From assembly GCA_947479995.1 (NCBI GenBank), contig CANKBT010000002.1, forward strand, positions 1 to 39,206: a stretch of 39,206 nt of DNA, written 5' to 3'. Of the stretch, positions 1 to 9,576 are shown in pieces (position 1 is the first letter of the stretch; each line of letters starts with the position of its first letter). This stretch comes from Frankiaceae bacterium. Its GTDB lineage: Bacteria; Actinomycetota; Actinomycetes; Mycobacteriales; SCTD01. The notes beneath the pieces were generated by a model. The model was not told the origin of the DNA. It saw only the letters and a program-made list of their open reading frames with translations, and ran no database searches. Position numbers and translations under genes: made by a program.

Positions 1-1
1 G

Positions 2-286
2 GCGGTCGGCTCCGGCACCTTCACCGGCGACGTGCTGGCCCGCCTCGGCGTCGACCACGCGCTCGCCGGCTCGCCCGAGCGCTACCCGCGCTTCACGCCG
101 CCGGGCCCGCCGGTCGACCTCGTCGTGCTGCCCGACGAGCCGTACCTGTTCACGCCCGACGACGGCCCCGAGGCCTTCCCCGGCACGCGCGCCGCGTGCG
201 TCAGCGGGCGCCACCTCACGTGGTACGGCCCGTCGCTCGTCGAGGCCCGCGCGGTGCTCACCGCGCAGCTGGCCGCGGCCCGCTGA
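2..286 (+). CDS. 3' fragment of a substrate-binding-protein-like gene (BtuF/TroA-type periplasmic binding fold suspected); 5' end outside window
   Basis: Frame is open from the window edge to TGA 284-286. High GC3 and protein-like composition (...LVVLPDEPYLFTPDDGPEAF...HLTWYGPSLVEA...). Family call is from memory only. Confidence 0.5.
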   Translation, partial: AVGSGTFTGDVLARLGVDHALAGSPERYPRFTPPGPPVDLVVLPDEPYLFTPDDGPEAFPGTRAACVSGRHLTWYGPSLVEARAVLTAQLAAAR

Positions 287-308
287 GCGGCCCCCGTGGC
301 CGGTGCGG

Positions 309-1028
309 TCAGGGCAGCCGCAGGCTCGTGCTGCGCCGCGTCTCGACGAAGCCCAGCGCGGCGTAGAGGCGGGCGGCGGGGTTGCCGTCGGTGACGGTGA
401 GCCCGAGCGTCGGCAGGCCGGCGAGGGCCAGGCCGTTGAGCGCGTGCTCGAGCAGCACGTGCCCGAGGCCGCGGCCCTGCGCCGAGGGGTGCACGGCGAC
501 GTCGAGCACCCAGGCCGTCGGGGCGTCGGCCCACGGCACCGGCCCGGCGGTGAGCACGTGCCCGACGAGCGCGCCCTGCGCGTCGAGCAGCCGGGCGCTG
601 CTCGCCGCCAGCGGCGGTGCCGGGCGGCCGCTGGCGAAGACCTCGCGCAGCGCGCGCTCGTCCTGCGCCTCGTCGAGGCCGTACGCCGCGACCCGCAGGT
701 CGGCCAGCCGCTCGTCCCAGGCCGCGGGCACGATGGCCAGGCCCGCGGGGAGCAGGGTCGGCGCCGGCAGCGGCGACGCCGCCCGCGCCATGTCGCGCGA
801 GCGCCGCACCACGCGGGCGCCCGCCGCCTCCAGCGCCGGCACCAGCGGCTCGTCCGCCTGCACGCCGACGCGCGCGCCGGGCAGCGCCTGCACGAGTGCG
901 GCCGCGGCGTCGTCCGGCGTCGCGCCCGGCAGCACCTCGACGCGCGAGACGACGTGCTCGTGCCCGTCGTCGCGGACGTCGGCGCGCACCGCCTCGCGGC
1001 CGCCGTGCGCCAGCACCCTGGCGGTCAC
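309..1028 (-). CDS. GNAT family N-acetyltransferase
   Basis: This is the 3' part of track ORF 309..1766. GTG at 1028 overlaps the panB stop (GTGA). The C-terminal half has GNAT blocks ...[23 protein letters not shown]... and ...[14 protein letters not shown]... Confidence 0.8.
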   Translation of the reverse strand: MTARVLAHGGREAVRADVRDDGHEHVVSRVEVLPGATPDDAAAALVQALPGARVGVQADEPLVPALEAAGARVVRRSRDMARAASPLPAPTLLPAGLAIVPAAWDERLADLRVAAYGLDEAQDERALREVFASGRPAPPLAASSARLLDAQGALVGHVLTAGPVPWADAPTAWVLDVAVHPSAQGRGLGHVLLEHALNGLALAGLPTLGLTVTDGNPAARLYAALGFVETRRSTSLRLP

Positions 1029-1855
1029 GTGAAGGAGTGCTCCGGTCCGGGGAAGCGGCCCTCGCGCACGTCCTCGTCGAAGGCGCGGACGGCCTCGGTG
1101 AGCACGCCGCGCAGGTCGGCGTAGCGCTTGACGAAGGTGAGCGGCGCCCCGGGCGTCAGCCCGGCCATGTCGGTCCAGACGAGCACCTGCGCGTCGCAGT
1201 CGACGCCGGCGCCGATGCCGACGGTGGGCACGGCCAGCTGCGCGGTCACCTGCGCGGCGAGCGCCGCGGGCACGCCCTCGAGCACGACGGCGAAGGCGCC
1301 GGCGCGCTCGAGCGCCAGGGCGTCGTCGACGAGCGCCTGCGCGGCCTCGCCGCGCCCCTGCACGCGACGGCCCATGACGAGCTCGGACTGCGGCGTGAGC
1401 CCGACGTGGCCCATGACCGGCACGCCGGCCTGCACGAGCAGCTCGACGGCCGGCGCGACGCGCACGCCGCCCTCGAGCTTCACCGCCTGGGCGCCGCCCT
1501 CCTTGAGGAAGCGCACGGCCGTGCCGAGCGCCTGCTCGGGCCCGGCCTGGTAGGTGCCGAAGGGCAGGTCGGCGACGACCAGGGCCCGGCGGGTGGAGCG
1601 CACCACGGCCTGCACCATCGGCAGCAGCTCCTCGACCGTGACCTGCACCGTGGTCGGGTGGCCGAGCACCACGTTGGCCGCGCTGTCGCCGACGAGCAGC
1701 ACGGGCACGCCCGCCTCGTCGAACAGCCCGGCGGTCAGCGCGTCGTACGAGGTGAGCATCGCCCACCGCTCGCCGCGCGCCTTGGCGCGCTGCAGGTCGC
1801 GGGGGGTGACGCGGCGGCTGGTGACGCCTCCGTACAGGGCGGGGATCTCGGTCAT
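1025..1855 (-). CDS. panB: 3-methyl-2-oxobutanoate hydroxymethyltransferase (ketopantoate hydroxymethyltransferase)
   Basis: 276-aa product [10 protein letters not shown]... with blocks [50 protein letters not shown] and [10 protein letters not shown]. It is the tail of track ORF 1025..3208. Confidence 0.93.
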   Translation of the reverse strand: MTEIPALYGGVTSRRVTPRDLQRAKARGERWAMLTSYDALTAGLFDEAGVPVLLVGDSAANVVLGHPTTVQVTVEELLPMVQAVVRSTRRALVVADLPFGTYQAGPEQALGTAVRFLKEGGAQAVKLEGGVRVAPAVELLVQAGVPVMGHVGLTPQSELVMGRRVQGRGEAAQALVDDALALERAGAFAVVLEGVPAALAAQVTAQLAVPTVGIGAGVDCDAQVLVWTDMAGLTPGAPLTFVKRYADLRGVLTEAVRAFDEDVREGRFPGPEHSFT

Positions 1856-1929
1856 GCGGGTGCCTCCTGGTGGCGTCCCTCGAGGCGCCGCACGGCGTCC
1901 CCGGGTGCCGTCACGATGCCACCCGGGCG

Positions 1930-3702
1930 TCAGGCGCCCTCGGGCCGGGCCTCGACCGGCTCGGGCTCGCCCGGTGCCACGACCTCGCGCCAGCGCGACG
2001 TGATGGGCAGCCGGCGGTCGCGGCCGAACGCCCGGCCGGTCACCTTCGGCCCGGGCGGGCCCTGCCGCCGCTTGTACTCCGCGGCGTCGACGAGCCGGAC
2101 GACGCGGTCGACGAGCGCGGCGTCGAAGCCGGCCTCGACCAGCTCGGCGCGCCCCCGGTCGTGCTCGACGTAGGCGTCGAGGAGCGCGTCGAGCACCGCG
2201 TAGTCGGGCAGCCGGTCGCTGTCGAGCTGCCCCGGCGCGAGCTCCGCGCTCGGCGGCTTGCTGATGCTGTCCGGCGGGATGACCTCGCCCTGCGTGTTGC
2301 GCCAGCGCGCCAGCCGCCAGACCAGCGTCTTGGGCACGTCCTTGATCGGGGCGAAGCCGCCGGCGCTGTCGCCGTAGAGCGTCGAGAAGCCGGTGGCCAG
2401 CTCGCTCTTGTTGCCGGTGGTGAGCACGAGGTGCCCGTGCTGGTTGGACAGTCCCATGAGCAGCGTGCCGCGCACGCGCGCCTGCAGGTTCTCCAGCGCG
2501 ACGCCGTCGAGGTGCACCGCGGCGGTGAAGGCCTCGACCACGGGCGCGATCGGCACGACCTGCCACGCCAGCCCCTGGCGGCGCGCGAGGTCCTCGGCGT
2601 CGGTGACCGAGTGGCTGCTGCTCCACCCGCTCGGCATGCCGACGACGTGCACGCGCTCGGGGCCGAGCGCGTCGCACGCGATCGTCGCGACGACGGCGCT
2701 GTCGATGCCGCCCGAGAGCCCGAGCACCACCGAGGCGAAGCCGTTCTTGTCGACGTAGTCGCGCGTCGCGGTGACGAGCGCGCCCCACACCTCGGCCTCG
2801 TCGTCCAGCGGCGCCGCCACGACCGGCGCGAGCGGCGCGTACGCCGGCAGCGGGTCGTCCGCGAGCACGCGGTGCTCGACCGCGAGCTCGCCGACCTGCC
2901 CGGTGCGCTGCAGCGTGCGCGCGGGCAGGTCGAGGTCGACGACGAGCAGGTGCGGCTCCCACTGCGGGGCGCGGGCGACCACCTCGCCCGCGGCGTCGAC
3001 GACGAGCGAGTCGCCGTCGAAGACCAGCTCGTCCTGCCCGCCGACCATGTTGACGTAGGCGATCGCGCAGCCGGCCTCGCGCGCGCGGCGGCGCACCAGC
3101 GCGCCGCGCACGTCGTCCTTGTCGCGCTCGTACGGCGAGCCGTTGAGGCACAGCAGCAGGCCGACGCCCGCCTCGCGCGCGGTGGCGACCGGGCCGCCCT
3201 CCTGCCACAGGTCCTCGCAGACGGCGAGCCCGACGTCGACGCCGTGCAGCCGCACGACGGGGAAGCGGTCGCCGCGCACGAAGTAGCGGAACTCGTCGAA
3301 GACGCCGTAGTTCGGCAGGTGGTGCTTGGCGTAGCGCGCGACCACCTCGCCGCGGTGCAGCACGGCGGCGCTGTTCTGCGGCTCGCCGGCGGGGCGGCCG
3401 AGCGCCGGCACCGGGTGCTCGGTGCGGCCGCAGTAGCCGACGACGACGGCCAGCTCGCCGGCGCCCTCGTCGGCCAGGCGGGCCGCCAGCGCCGTCAGCG
3501 CGTCGAGCGAGGCCTGCACGAACGACCCGCGCAGCACGAGGTCCTCCGGCGGGTAGCCGGTGAGCACCATCTCGGGGAGCACGACCGCGTGCGCGCCGGC
3601 GGCGAGGGCGTCGGCCGCGGCCCGCGCGACGAGGTCGGCGTTGCCGGGCAGGTCGCCGACGACGGGGTCGACCTGGGCGAGGGCGATGCGCAGCTGGGCC
3701 AT
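1930..3702 (-). CDS. nadE: glutamine-dependent NAD+ synthetase
   Basis: 590 aa. N-terminal carbon-nitrogen hydrolase domain ([23 protein letters not shown]) plus a C-terminal NAD synthetase domain with PP-loop LSGGIDSAV. Confidence 0.93.
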   Translation of the reverse strand: MAQLRIALAQVDPVVGDLPGNADLVARAAADALAAGAHAVVLPEMVLTGYPPEDLVLRGSFVQASLDALTALAARLADEGAGELAVVVGYCGRTEHPVPALGRPAGEPQNSAAVLHRGEVVARYAKHHLPNYGVFDEFRYFVRGDRFPVVRLHGVDVGLAVCEDLWQEGGPVATAREAGVGLLLCLNGSPYERDKDDVRGALVRRRAREAGCAIAYVNMVGGQDELVFDGDSLVVDAAGEVVARAPQWEPHLLVVDLDLPARTLQRTGQVGELAVEHRVLADDPLPAYAPLAPVVAAPLDDEAEVWGALVTATRDYVDKNGFASVVLGLSGGIDSAVVATIACDALGPERVHVVGMPSGWSSSHSVTDAEDLARRQGLAWQVVPIAPVVEAFTAAVHLDGVALENLQARVRGTLLMGLSNQHGHLVLTTGNKSELATGFSTLYGDSAGGFAPIKDVPKTLVWRLARWRNTQGEVIPPDSISKPPSAELAPGQLDSDRLPDYAVLDALLDAYVEHDRGRAELVEAGFDAALVDRVVRLVDAAEYKRRQGPPGPKVTGRAFGRDRRLPITSRWREVVAPGEPEPVEARPEGA

Positions 3703-3755
3703 GGCCCCACGGTACGGAGGCGCCGCCGGGGTGGCGTGATGAGGTGAGGTTCCCC

Positions 3756-3761
3756 TAACCT
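3756..3761 (+). promoter_or_regulatory. -10-like hexamer TAACCT placed 6 nt before ATG 3768 (leaderless geometry)
   Basis: Matches TANNNT. The spacer is exactly 6 nt and there is no Shine-Dalgarno sequence upstream of the ATG. Confidence 0.4.
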
Positions 3762-3767
3762 GCGGCC

Positions 3768-4154
3768 ATGATCCTCGACCTGCGCATCGACGGCCGCATC
3801 ACCGCGGCGTCGGTCGACGCCCTCGCCACGCCCCTGTTCGCCGCCGTCGACCGGGCCGCCCCGTTCGCGGTGCTGTTCGACCGCCGCACGATGACGGCGC
3901 CGACCGCCGACGGCCGCGAGGCCCTCGAGGCGGCGTTCGCGCGCTGGGAGGGCGTCGAGGCCCACTGCGTCGCGTGGGCCGACCTGCTCGACGAGCGCCG
4001 GGCCGGCTCGCTCGCGCGCGCCACCGCGGCCGCCGCCGAGGCCGGCGAGCCGGAGCCGCACGACCACGAGCACGCCTACCCGCAGCAGACCTTCACCGAC
4101 GAGCCGGCCGCCCGCGCGTGGCTGGCCGCCGCCCTCGCGCCGGTGACGGCGTGA
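3768..4154 (+). CDS. hypothetical protein (weakly STAS/SpoIIAA-like)
   Basis: 128-aa ORF with high GC3. Its stop overlaps the next start (GTGA at 4151-4154). Confidence 0.6.
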   Translation: MILDLRIDGRITAASVDALATPLFAAVDRAAPFAVLFDRRTMTAPTADGREALEAAFARWEGVEAHCVAWADLLDERRAGSLARATAAAAEAGEPEPHDHEHAYPQQTFTDEPAARAWLAAALAPVTA

Positions 4155-5101
4155 GGGGGCGCGCCGGGCTGCTCGCGCTCGCGCTGGCCCTCACCGCGTG
4201 CGGCGGCGAGGACGACGACGGCGGCAGCGGCGGCGCGGCCGCAGCCCCGGCGGACGACCGCACCGTGGTCGCGCTCGACGAGTTCGCCGCGGTCGCGCTG
4301 CTCAGCCTCGGCGTCGAGCCCGACCTCGCGCTCACGGTCTTCGACTACGAGAGCACCGGCGCCCTGCTCGCCGACCAGGGCGTCGCCACGCAGCCGTACG
4401 GCGCGGCGCTCGACGTCGAGCGCGTGCTCGCCGCCGACCCGGACGTCGTCGTCGGCGTCTCGATCCCGACGACGCTCGAGGTGCAGGACCGGCTGCAGCA
4501 GGTCGCGCCGACGACGGTGCTCGACTACGCGTCGAGCTGGCAGGACCAGCTCACCGCCGCGGCGGGCGCCGTCGGCGCGCAGGACCGCGCGGCCGGCGTC
4601 GTCGCCGGCCTGGAGGCGCGCACCCGGCAGCTGCGCGACGACCTGGCCGCCGCCGGCCGGGGCGGCGCGGTGGTGTCGGTGCTCGGCGACAACCCCGACC
4701 TGTTCAGCCCGCCGCCGGACAGCCCGGTCGGCAGCCTGCTGGCGGCCGCCGGGCTCGCCCGCCCGCCGGCGCAGCAGCAAGCCTCCGGCGGCGGCTCGCC
4801 GTTCACGCTGCTGTCCGAGGAGCTGCTGCCCGAGCAGGACGGCGACGAGGTGCTGCTGCTGTCGGGCGGGCCGTACGCCACGGCCGACCTCACCGGCTCG
4901 CGCCTGTGGCCGGGCCTGCCGGCGGTGCAGCGCGGCGACGTGGCCGAGGTGAGCGGCGAGGTGTGGCTGAGCAGCTCGGCCTTCGCGGTCGACTGGGTGC
5001 TCGACGACCTGCGCGCGGTGCTGCTCGAGGAGGGCGCGGTCGCGGCGGCGGGCGACGCCGCCGGCCGCTTCCGCGCCTTCCTCGACGAGCAGGCCGGCTA
5101 G
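4151..5101 (+). CDS. ABC transporter substrate-binding lipoprotein (siderophore/cobalamin-type, FecB-like)
   Basis: GTG 4151 lies in the frame of track ORF 3974..5101. The N-terminus [16 protein letters not shown] is a lipoprotein signal with lipobox L-T-A-C. The body reads like a class III periplasmic binding protein. Confidence 0.72.
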   Translation: MRGRAGLLALALALTACGGEDDDGGSGGAAAAPADDRTVVALDEFAAVALLSLGVEPDLALTVFDYESTGALLADQGVATQPYGAALDVERVLAADPDVVVGVSIPTTLEVQDRLQQVAPTTVLDYASSWQDQLTAAAGAVGAQDRAAGVVAGLEARTRQLRDDLAAAGRGGAVVSVLGDNPDLFSPPPDSPVGSLLAAAGLARPPAQQQASGGGSPFTLLSEELLPEQDGDEVLLLSGGPYATADLTGSRLWPGLPAVQRGDVAEVSGEVWLSSSAFAVDWVLDDLRAVLLEEGAVAAAGDAAGRFRAFLDEQAG

Positions 5102-5967
5102 GCGCCGGCGGCGGTCAGTGCGTCGTACTCCTCGTCGGTGAGCTGCACCTGGGCGGCGCCGCAGTTCTCCTCGAGGTGGGCGACCGAGCCGGTGCCCGGG
5201 ATCGGCAGGATGACCGGCGAGCGGCGCAGCAGCCAGGCGAGGGCGAGCTGGGCGTGCGTCGCCTCGTGCTCCTTGGCGATCTCGTCGAGCACGCCGCCGG
5301 GCCGGGCGAGCTCGCCGGAGGCGACGGGGTACCACGGGATGAAGGCGATGCCCTCGCGCTCGCAGTGGTCGACGACGTCCTCGGACTGCCGGTTGCTCAC
5401 GTTGTAGAGGTTCTGCACCGACACGACGTCGACGACCTCGCGGGCCTGCTCGATCTCGGCGACGCTCACCTCGGACAGGCCGATGTGGCGGATCTTGCCG
5501 GCGTCCTGCAGCTCCTTCACCGCGCCGAGGCTGTCCTCGAGCGGCACCTGCGCGTCGATGCGGTGCAGCTGCCACAGGTCGAGGCGCTCGACACCGAGGC
5601 GCCGCAGGCTCATCTCCACGCACTGGCGCAGGTACTCCGGCCGGCCGACCTGCTCCCAGACGCCGGGGCCGCTGCGCGTCAGGCCGCCCTTGGTGGCGAC
5701 GACGACGCCGTCGCCGTACGGGTGCAGCGCCTCGCGGATGAGGTCCTCGCTGACGAACGGGCCGTAGCTGTCGGCGGTGTCGATGAGGTCGACGCCGAGC
5801 TCGACGGCCCGGCGGAGCACGGCCTTCGCCGTGTCGACGTCGGCCGGCGGCCCCCAGATGCCGTCGCCGGTGATGCGCATGGCGCCGTAGCCGAGGCGGT
5901 GCACCTCGAGGTCGCCACCCAGGGCGAACGTGCCGCTGGCGTGGACGGGTCGGTCGGTGGTGGTCAT
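5098..5967 (-). CDS. aldo/keto reductase
   Basis: 289 aa with a GAGGAG RBS before ATG 5967. Blocks [27 protein letters not shown] and [13 protein letters not shown]. It is the tail of track ORF 5098..8076. Confidence 0.88.
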   Translation of the reverse strand: MTTTDRPVHASGTFALGGDLEVHRLGYGAMRITGDGIWGPPADVDTAKAVLRRAVELGVDLIDTADSYGPFVSEDLIREALHPYGDGVVVATKGGLTRSGPGVWEQVGRPEYLRQCVEMSLRRLGVERLDLWQLHRIDAQVPLEDSLGAVKELQDAGKIRHIGLSEVSVAEIEQAREVVDVVSVQNLYNVSNRQSEDVVDHCEREGIAFIPWYPVASGELARPGGVLDEIAKEHEATHAQLALAWLLRRSPVILPIPGTGSVAHLEENCGAAQVQLTDEEYDALTAAGA

Positions 5968-6099
5968 GCGTCTCCTCGGGGGGTCAGGTGGTCCTGCGGG
6001 CTGCTCCTGGCTGCAAGGGCAGGCGTGCCCGGCGCCTTCCCGGGGAACGCACTGCTTGCCGCTGCAACGGTGCAGTGGCCCTGCCCCAGGAGGTACGAC

Positions 6100-7017
6100 G
6101 TGACCCCTCGCACCGCAGCCGCGCTCACCGCGCTGGCCCTCGCCCCGGCGCTCGCCCTCGCGCCGACCGGCGCCACCGCCGCGTCCTTCCCCGAGACGGT
6201 GCCGCTGCCCGACGCGTCCTCGCCGGAGGGCATCGCCGCCGGCCCGGGCACCACGTTCTTCGCCGGCTCGCGGGCCGACGGCAGCGTCTACCGCGCCGAC
6301 GCCCGCACCGGGCAGGGCGCGCCCCTCGTCGAGGGGACGCCCGGCGGCGTCGCCGTCGGCCTGACCTACGACCAGGCGTCCGGCCTGCTGTGGGTCGCGG
6401 GCGGTGCGACCGGCACCGTCACCGCGTACGACGGCCGCACCGGCGAGCTCGTCGTGCAGTACACCGCCCCGCCCGCCGCGTCCGGCGCGCGCTTCCTCAA
6501 CGACGTCGTCGTCACCCGCGACGGCGTCTTCGTCACCGACTCGAGCAACGCCGAGCTGGTGGTCGTGCGCACCGACGGCCGGGCGCTGCCCGACGACGTC
6601 GCGCTGCTGCCGCTGACCGGCGACTGGAGCCAGGGCCCGGGCTTCAACGCCAACGGCATCCGCGAGCTGCCGGGCGGCGACCTGCTCGTCGTCGACCAGG
6701 GCACCCTGCTCCGCGTCGACCCGTCGACGGGCGTCGCCGAGCTGCTGGAGCAGACCGGCGGGCCCGACCTCACGGCCGGCGACGGCCTGGAGCTGCGGGG
6801 CTCGACGCTCTACGTCGTCTACGGCCTGTCGCGCGACTCGATCGCGGTCGTCGACCTGGGCAGGAGCTCCTACGCCGTGACCGGGGAGATCACCGACCCC
6901 GACTTCGAGCGGCCCACCACGACCGCCTTCATCGCGGGCGCGCTCTACAGCGTCAACGGCAAGTTCGACACGCCGGGCGCGACCGAGTTCGAGGTCGTCC
7001 GCAGCGCCACCCGCTGA
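6100..7017 (+). CDS. secreted beta-propeller protein (SMP-30/gluconolactonase/LRE- or NHL-like)
   Basis: AGGAGG sits 6 nt upstream of GTG 6100. Sec-type signal peptide [20 protein letters not shown]. The body is strand-rich and repetitive. It is the tail of track ORF 4198..7017. Confidence 0.7.
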   Translation: MTPRTAAALTALALAPALALAPTGATAASFPETVPLPDASSPEGIAAGPGTTFFAGSRADGSVYRADARTGQGAPLVEGTPGGVAVGLTYDQASGLLWVAGGATGTVTAYDGRTGELVVQYTAPPAASGARFLNDVVVTRDGVFVTDSSNAELVVVRTDGRALPDDVALLPLTGDWSQGPGFNANGIRELPGGDLLVVDQGTLLRVDPSTGVAELLEQTGGPDLTAGDGLELRGSTLYVVYGLSRDSIAVVDLGRSSYAVTGEITDPDFERPTTTAFIAGALYSVNGKFDTPGATEFEVVRSATR

Positions 7018-7024
7018 CCGTCCG

Positions 7025-7058
7025 CCCCGGGGTGGCGGGGGTCCCCGCCGCCCCGGGG
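7025..7058 (+). terminator. GC-rich hairpin after the last chromosomal gene
   Basis: CCCCGGGGTGGCGGGG (7025-7040) pairs with CCCCGCCGCCCCGGGG (7043-7058) with one G.T position. There is no U-tract, as is common in actinobacteria. Confidence 0.55.
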
Positions 7059-7105
7059 CTGACAGGATGGCCGGCATGGAGAAGCAGCAGGAGTTCTTTC
7101 GCGTA

Positions 7106-7158
7106 CCCTGCTCTGACCTGCGGTGATGGTCGCTTCCCCTCGCTGACCTGCGCCGATG
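7106..7158. repeat. imperfect direct repeat pair around core CTGACCTGCG (7113-7122 and 7143-7152)
   Basis: CCCTGCT-CTGACCTGCG-GTGATG versus CCCTCG-CTGACCTGCG-CCGATG, 30 nt apart, in the non-coding junction 7059-7220. Confidence 0.5.
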
Positions 7159-7220
7159 CGTTCGGTGGAGCGTGGGGCGTCGTGGGGCCGCTCGGTGCGC
7201 TTGGCCAAGATCATGCGGGC

Positions 7221-7592
7221 CTACTGCGGGGTGATCATGCGGAGCAGCCGCTCGAGTTCCGCCTCTCGTTCCTCGCGGCTCGGGTCGTCGAGCATCGACT
7301 GGGGGATCGGGGCGCCCTGCGGCAGTAGGGCGCGGACCTCGGCATCGGTCATGGCCACCACCGACGCGTCGCCGATGGCGCTGTCGGTCAGGGTGGTGTG
7401 CCGGAACCGCTTGCCGTCGGGTCCCACCTCGTAGATGAGCAGCTGCTGGCGGAACAGGCCGGCGCGGCGCAGGCGGTAGAGCTCGCCGCGGGCGCACTTG
7501 CCCTCGCTGGGGTGGCGGTGCGTCGGCTCGGTGTGCGTAAGGGTCCAGCCGTGCTCGAGGGCTTCGGCGACGACGGGCGGGTGCTTGGTCAT
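7221..7592 (-). CDS. hypothetical protein (orphan, 123 aa)
   Basis: Clean ORF with protein-like composition, ending in an acidic helix (...[19 protein letters not shown]...). Divergent from the 7690 operon. No family recognised. Confidence 0.6.
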   Translation of the reverse strand: MTKHPPVVAEALEHGWTLTHTEPTHRHPSEGKCARGELYRLRRAGLFRQQLLIYEVGPDGKRFRHTTLTDSAIGDASVVAMTDAEVRALLPQGAPIPQSMLDDPSREEREAELERLLRMITPQ

Positions 7593-7654
7593 GGCGCCGA
7601 GCGTGCAGGCGGGGTACGACAGTCATCGAGCGCCGACCTACGTAATACAAAGTC

Positions 7655-7683
7655 TGGACTGGCGTCATACGTCGCGGTACAGT
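7655..7683 (+). promoter_or_regulatory. promoter: -35 TGGACT (7655-7660), 17-nt spacer, -10 TACAGT (7678-7683); leaderless start at ATG 7690
   Basis: The hexamers lie in the lowest-GC stretch I noticed in the window (about 7636-7689). The -10 ends exactly 6 nt before the ATG and there is no SD. Confidence 0.5.
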
Positions 7684-7689
7684 GATGCC

Positions 7690-8061
7690 ATGCCCGCAGG
7701 AGAGCGTGACTACGACGGCGTCGAGTACGCCGACATGGTCTTCGGCGAGGTCGACTGGTCCGAGGTTGAGGGCGGCGCCCACGACCCCGCTCGCCGCCGC
7801 GAGCGCCTGGGCCAGCCGAACGAGGTCAACGTCCACACGACCTGGGCGACCGAGGCTTGCCAGGACCCGCGGCGGATCGTGCGGTCGGCGGGCAGCCGAA
7901 GCGGCATGACGGTCAAGGTCACCGGCTTCAGCCCGAGCGCCGGGTTCGTCGTGACGGTCATCGTCGCGCCGAAGGACTTCCCGCCCGCCGAGCGGTGGCA
8001 TGGCGCGACGGCGTACAAGAGCAAGACCAGCGAGGTCACGGACTACGAGAGCGAGGGGTGA
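7690..8061 (+). CDS. BrnT-like (RelE-fold) toxin candidate
   Basis: 123 aa. The C-terminal half ...[25 protein letters not shown]....[18 protein letters not shown] resembles the strand/strand/C-terminal-helix pattern of BrnT-type toxins. The gene order is toxin first, RHH second. Family call is from memory. Confidence 0.45.
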   Translation: MPAGERDYDGVEYADMVFGEVDWSEVEGGAHDPARRRERLGQPNEVNVHTTWATEACQDPRRIVRSAGSRSGMTVKVTGFSPSAGFVVTVIVAPKDFPPAERWHGATAYKSKTSEVTDYESEG

Positions 8062-8068
8062 GACGAGG

Positions 8069-8506
8069 ATGAGCAAGAAGAGCGTGCGCGAGATGCTGCT
8101 GGCAGAGGCGGCCGAGGCCGAGGCCGTGGCCGAGATGGAGGACGGAGGCGAAGCGCCGGCTCAGCCGGTGCAGCGCGCCCGACGCCAGGCCGCGGACCCG
8201 TCGCAGGTCTACTCGGTACGCATCCCCGTCGACCGGCTCGAGCAGCTCCGCCGGCTGGCAGACACGCGCGGCGTCGCCCCGACCGCGCTCGTGCGCCAGT
8301 TCGTCCTGGAGGCGCTCGATCGAGAGTCGGCACTCGACGAGCTGAAGCAGGCGCACTTCGACTTCGTCTTCACCGAGGAGGAGCCCCGGATCATCGAAGA
8401 GCCGAGCGCGCCGCGCGCACCCGCCGTGAACCTGGGCCCGCGCCGTCAGCAGGCTGCCGCTCCTGTGCGCCGCGACTCCGTCGTCGCCAGGCGGGTAGCG
8501 CAGTGA
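8069..8506 (+). CDS. ribbon-helix-helix (CopG/BrnA-like) DNA-binding protein, antitoxin candidate
   Basis: 145 aa. The central segment [38 protein letters not shown] has the strand-helix-helix pattern of RHH proteins. The gene starts 7 nt after the previous stop. Confidence 0.55.
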   Translation: MSKKSVREMLLAEAAEAEAVAEMEDGGEAPAQPVQRARRQAADPSQVYSVRIPVDRLEQLRRLADTRGVAPTALVRQFVLEALDRESALDELKQAHFDFVFTEEEPRIIEEPSAPRAPAVNLGPRRQQAAAPVRRDSVVARRVAQ

Positions 8507-9576
8507 TCAACAAGGACAGCCCGCGGTACGTGCCGCTGCTCAAGGGCAAGCAGGGCGAGCTGGACGCTCTCGTCGACACGAGCATCACCACACAGGCGAC
8601 GACGATCCCTCTCATCGAGGTCGTGCCCGGCAGCGGGCAGAGCGACGACCCGCTCGAGATCCGGGCCGACTGCTCCAAGCTCATCGAGCGGCTCGGCAAG
8701 AGGTGGAGCGGGCGCGTCATGCTCGACGGCGGGCTGCTCGATCAAGACGTCGCGCTCGACGCCGCCGACCACGGCGTCGTCTACTTCCTCGCCGAGGAGG
8801 CCCGGCGGTGGACCATGACTGCTCAGCCGGTACTTCGGCTGGGAGACCCGCATCGCGTCTTCCTCGACGTCGCGACCGTCTGCGCCGAGGACGGCAACGG
8901 GCTCACGATCCGCCTTACCAACGACGAGCTCGACGAGGAGCCGGAGGTCCTCGACACCGAGCTCGAGAGCGCGGTGTCACTCATCGGACTTGCGTACGAG
9001 GACGTCGACCTGCTCATCGACCTCAGCGAGGTGCAGGGCGAGCCCGCCGTTGCCGGCGCCGCCCGGATCGTGCTTCCGCTGCTGCGGGGGCTCACGAGCA
9101 TCGACCGGTGGCGGTCGGTCACCGTCGCGTCGGGGTCCTTCCCGATCGACCTGAGCACCTTCACTGCCTGGGTCGTTGGCGAGCGGCCGCGGGACGACGC
9201 CAAGCTCTACGACCGAGTGACCACCCGCTGGCACGGCCGGCGGCTCGACTACGGCGACTACGCCGTCGCTCACCCCGTGCTGGGCACCGGCGCGCCGTAC
9301 GCGCCGCCCCCGCAGCTGCGCTACACCGCGTCGAGCAGTTGGATCGTGCTCAAGGGCCGGCGCACCGACCCGCGGGCGAACAACCAGTTCTACGACATCT
9401 GCGACGTCGTGGCGGCCCACCCCGAGTACGCCGGCGCAGGTCTGGGCGTCGCTGACGCGCGGATCGCGAACAGTCGTGCCGAGGGGCCCGGCAACGGCAC
9501 CACATGGCGGCGCATCGGGACGGCGCACCACCTGGACTACGTGGCGCTGCGCCTCACCACTCTCGGCGAGCCCTGA
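8503..9576 (+). CDS. Beta-family protein (T4 beta-like / sce7725-related), function unknown
   Basis: 357 aa. GTG 8503 overlaps the RHH stop (GTGA). The N-terminal motif RYVPLLKGKQGELDAL is the hallmark I associate with the Pfam Beta_protein family. Confidence 0.6.
   Translation: MINKDSPRYVPLLKGKQGELDALVDTSITTQATTIPLIEVVPGSGQSDDPLEIRADCSKLIERLGKRWSGRVMLDGGLLDQDVALDAADHGVVYFLAEEARRWTMTAQPVLRLGDPHRVFLDVATVCAEDGNGLTIRLTNDELDEEPEVLDTELESAVSLIGLAYEDVDLLIDLSEVQGEPAVAGAARIVLPLLRGLTSIDRWRSVTVASGSFPIDLSTFTAWVVGERPRDDAKLYDRVTTRWHGRRLDYGDYAVAHPVLGTGAPYAPPPQLRYTASSSWIVLKGRRTDPRANNQFYDICDVVAAHPEYAGAGLGVADARIANSRAEGPGNGTTWRRIGTAHHLDYVALRLTTLGEP

Noticed and set aside
303-3747. Plus-strand ORFs over the GNAT/panB/nadE region (303..1124, 617..2173, 1870..3747 and others)
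   Set aside because: They are antisense to clearly recognisable panB and nadE genes, and their composition is dominated by R, A, G, P and D/E runs.
5098-5101. Interlocked convergent stop codons (CTAG) at 5098-5101 and again at 33912-33915
   Set aside because: Real, but most likely a trivial consequence of compact convergent genes. I found no evidence of a functional role.
4198-8076. Very long track ORFs (4198..7017 + 939 aa; 5098..8076 - 992 aa) spanning several genes
   Set aside because: Only their 3' parts (6100..7017 and 5098..5967) have protein-like sequence with RBS or signal peptide. The rest is Arg/Pro/Ala/Gly-rich read-through typical of off-frame or antisense ORFs in high-GC DNA, and it overlaps better-supported genes.
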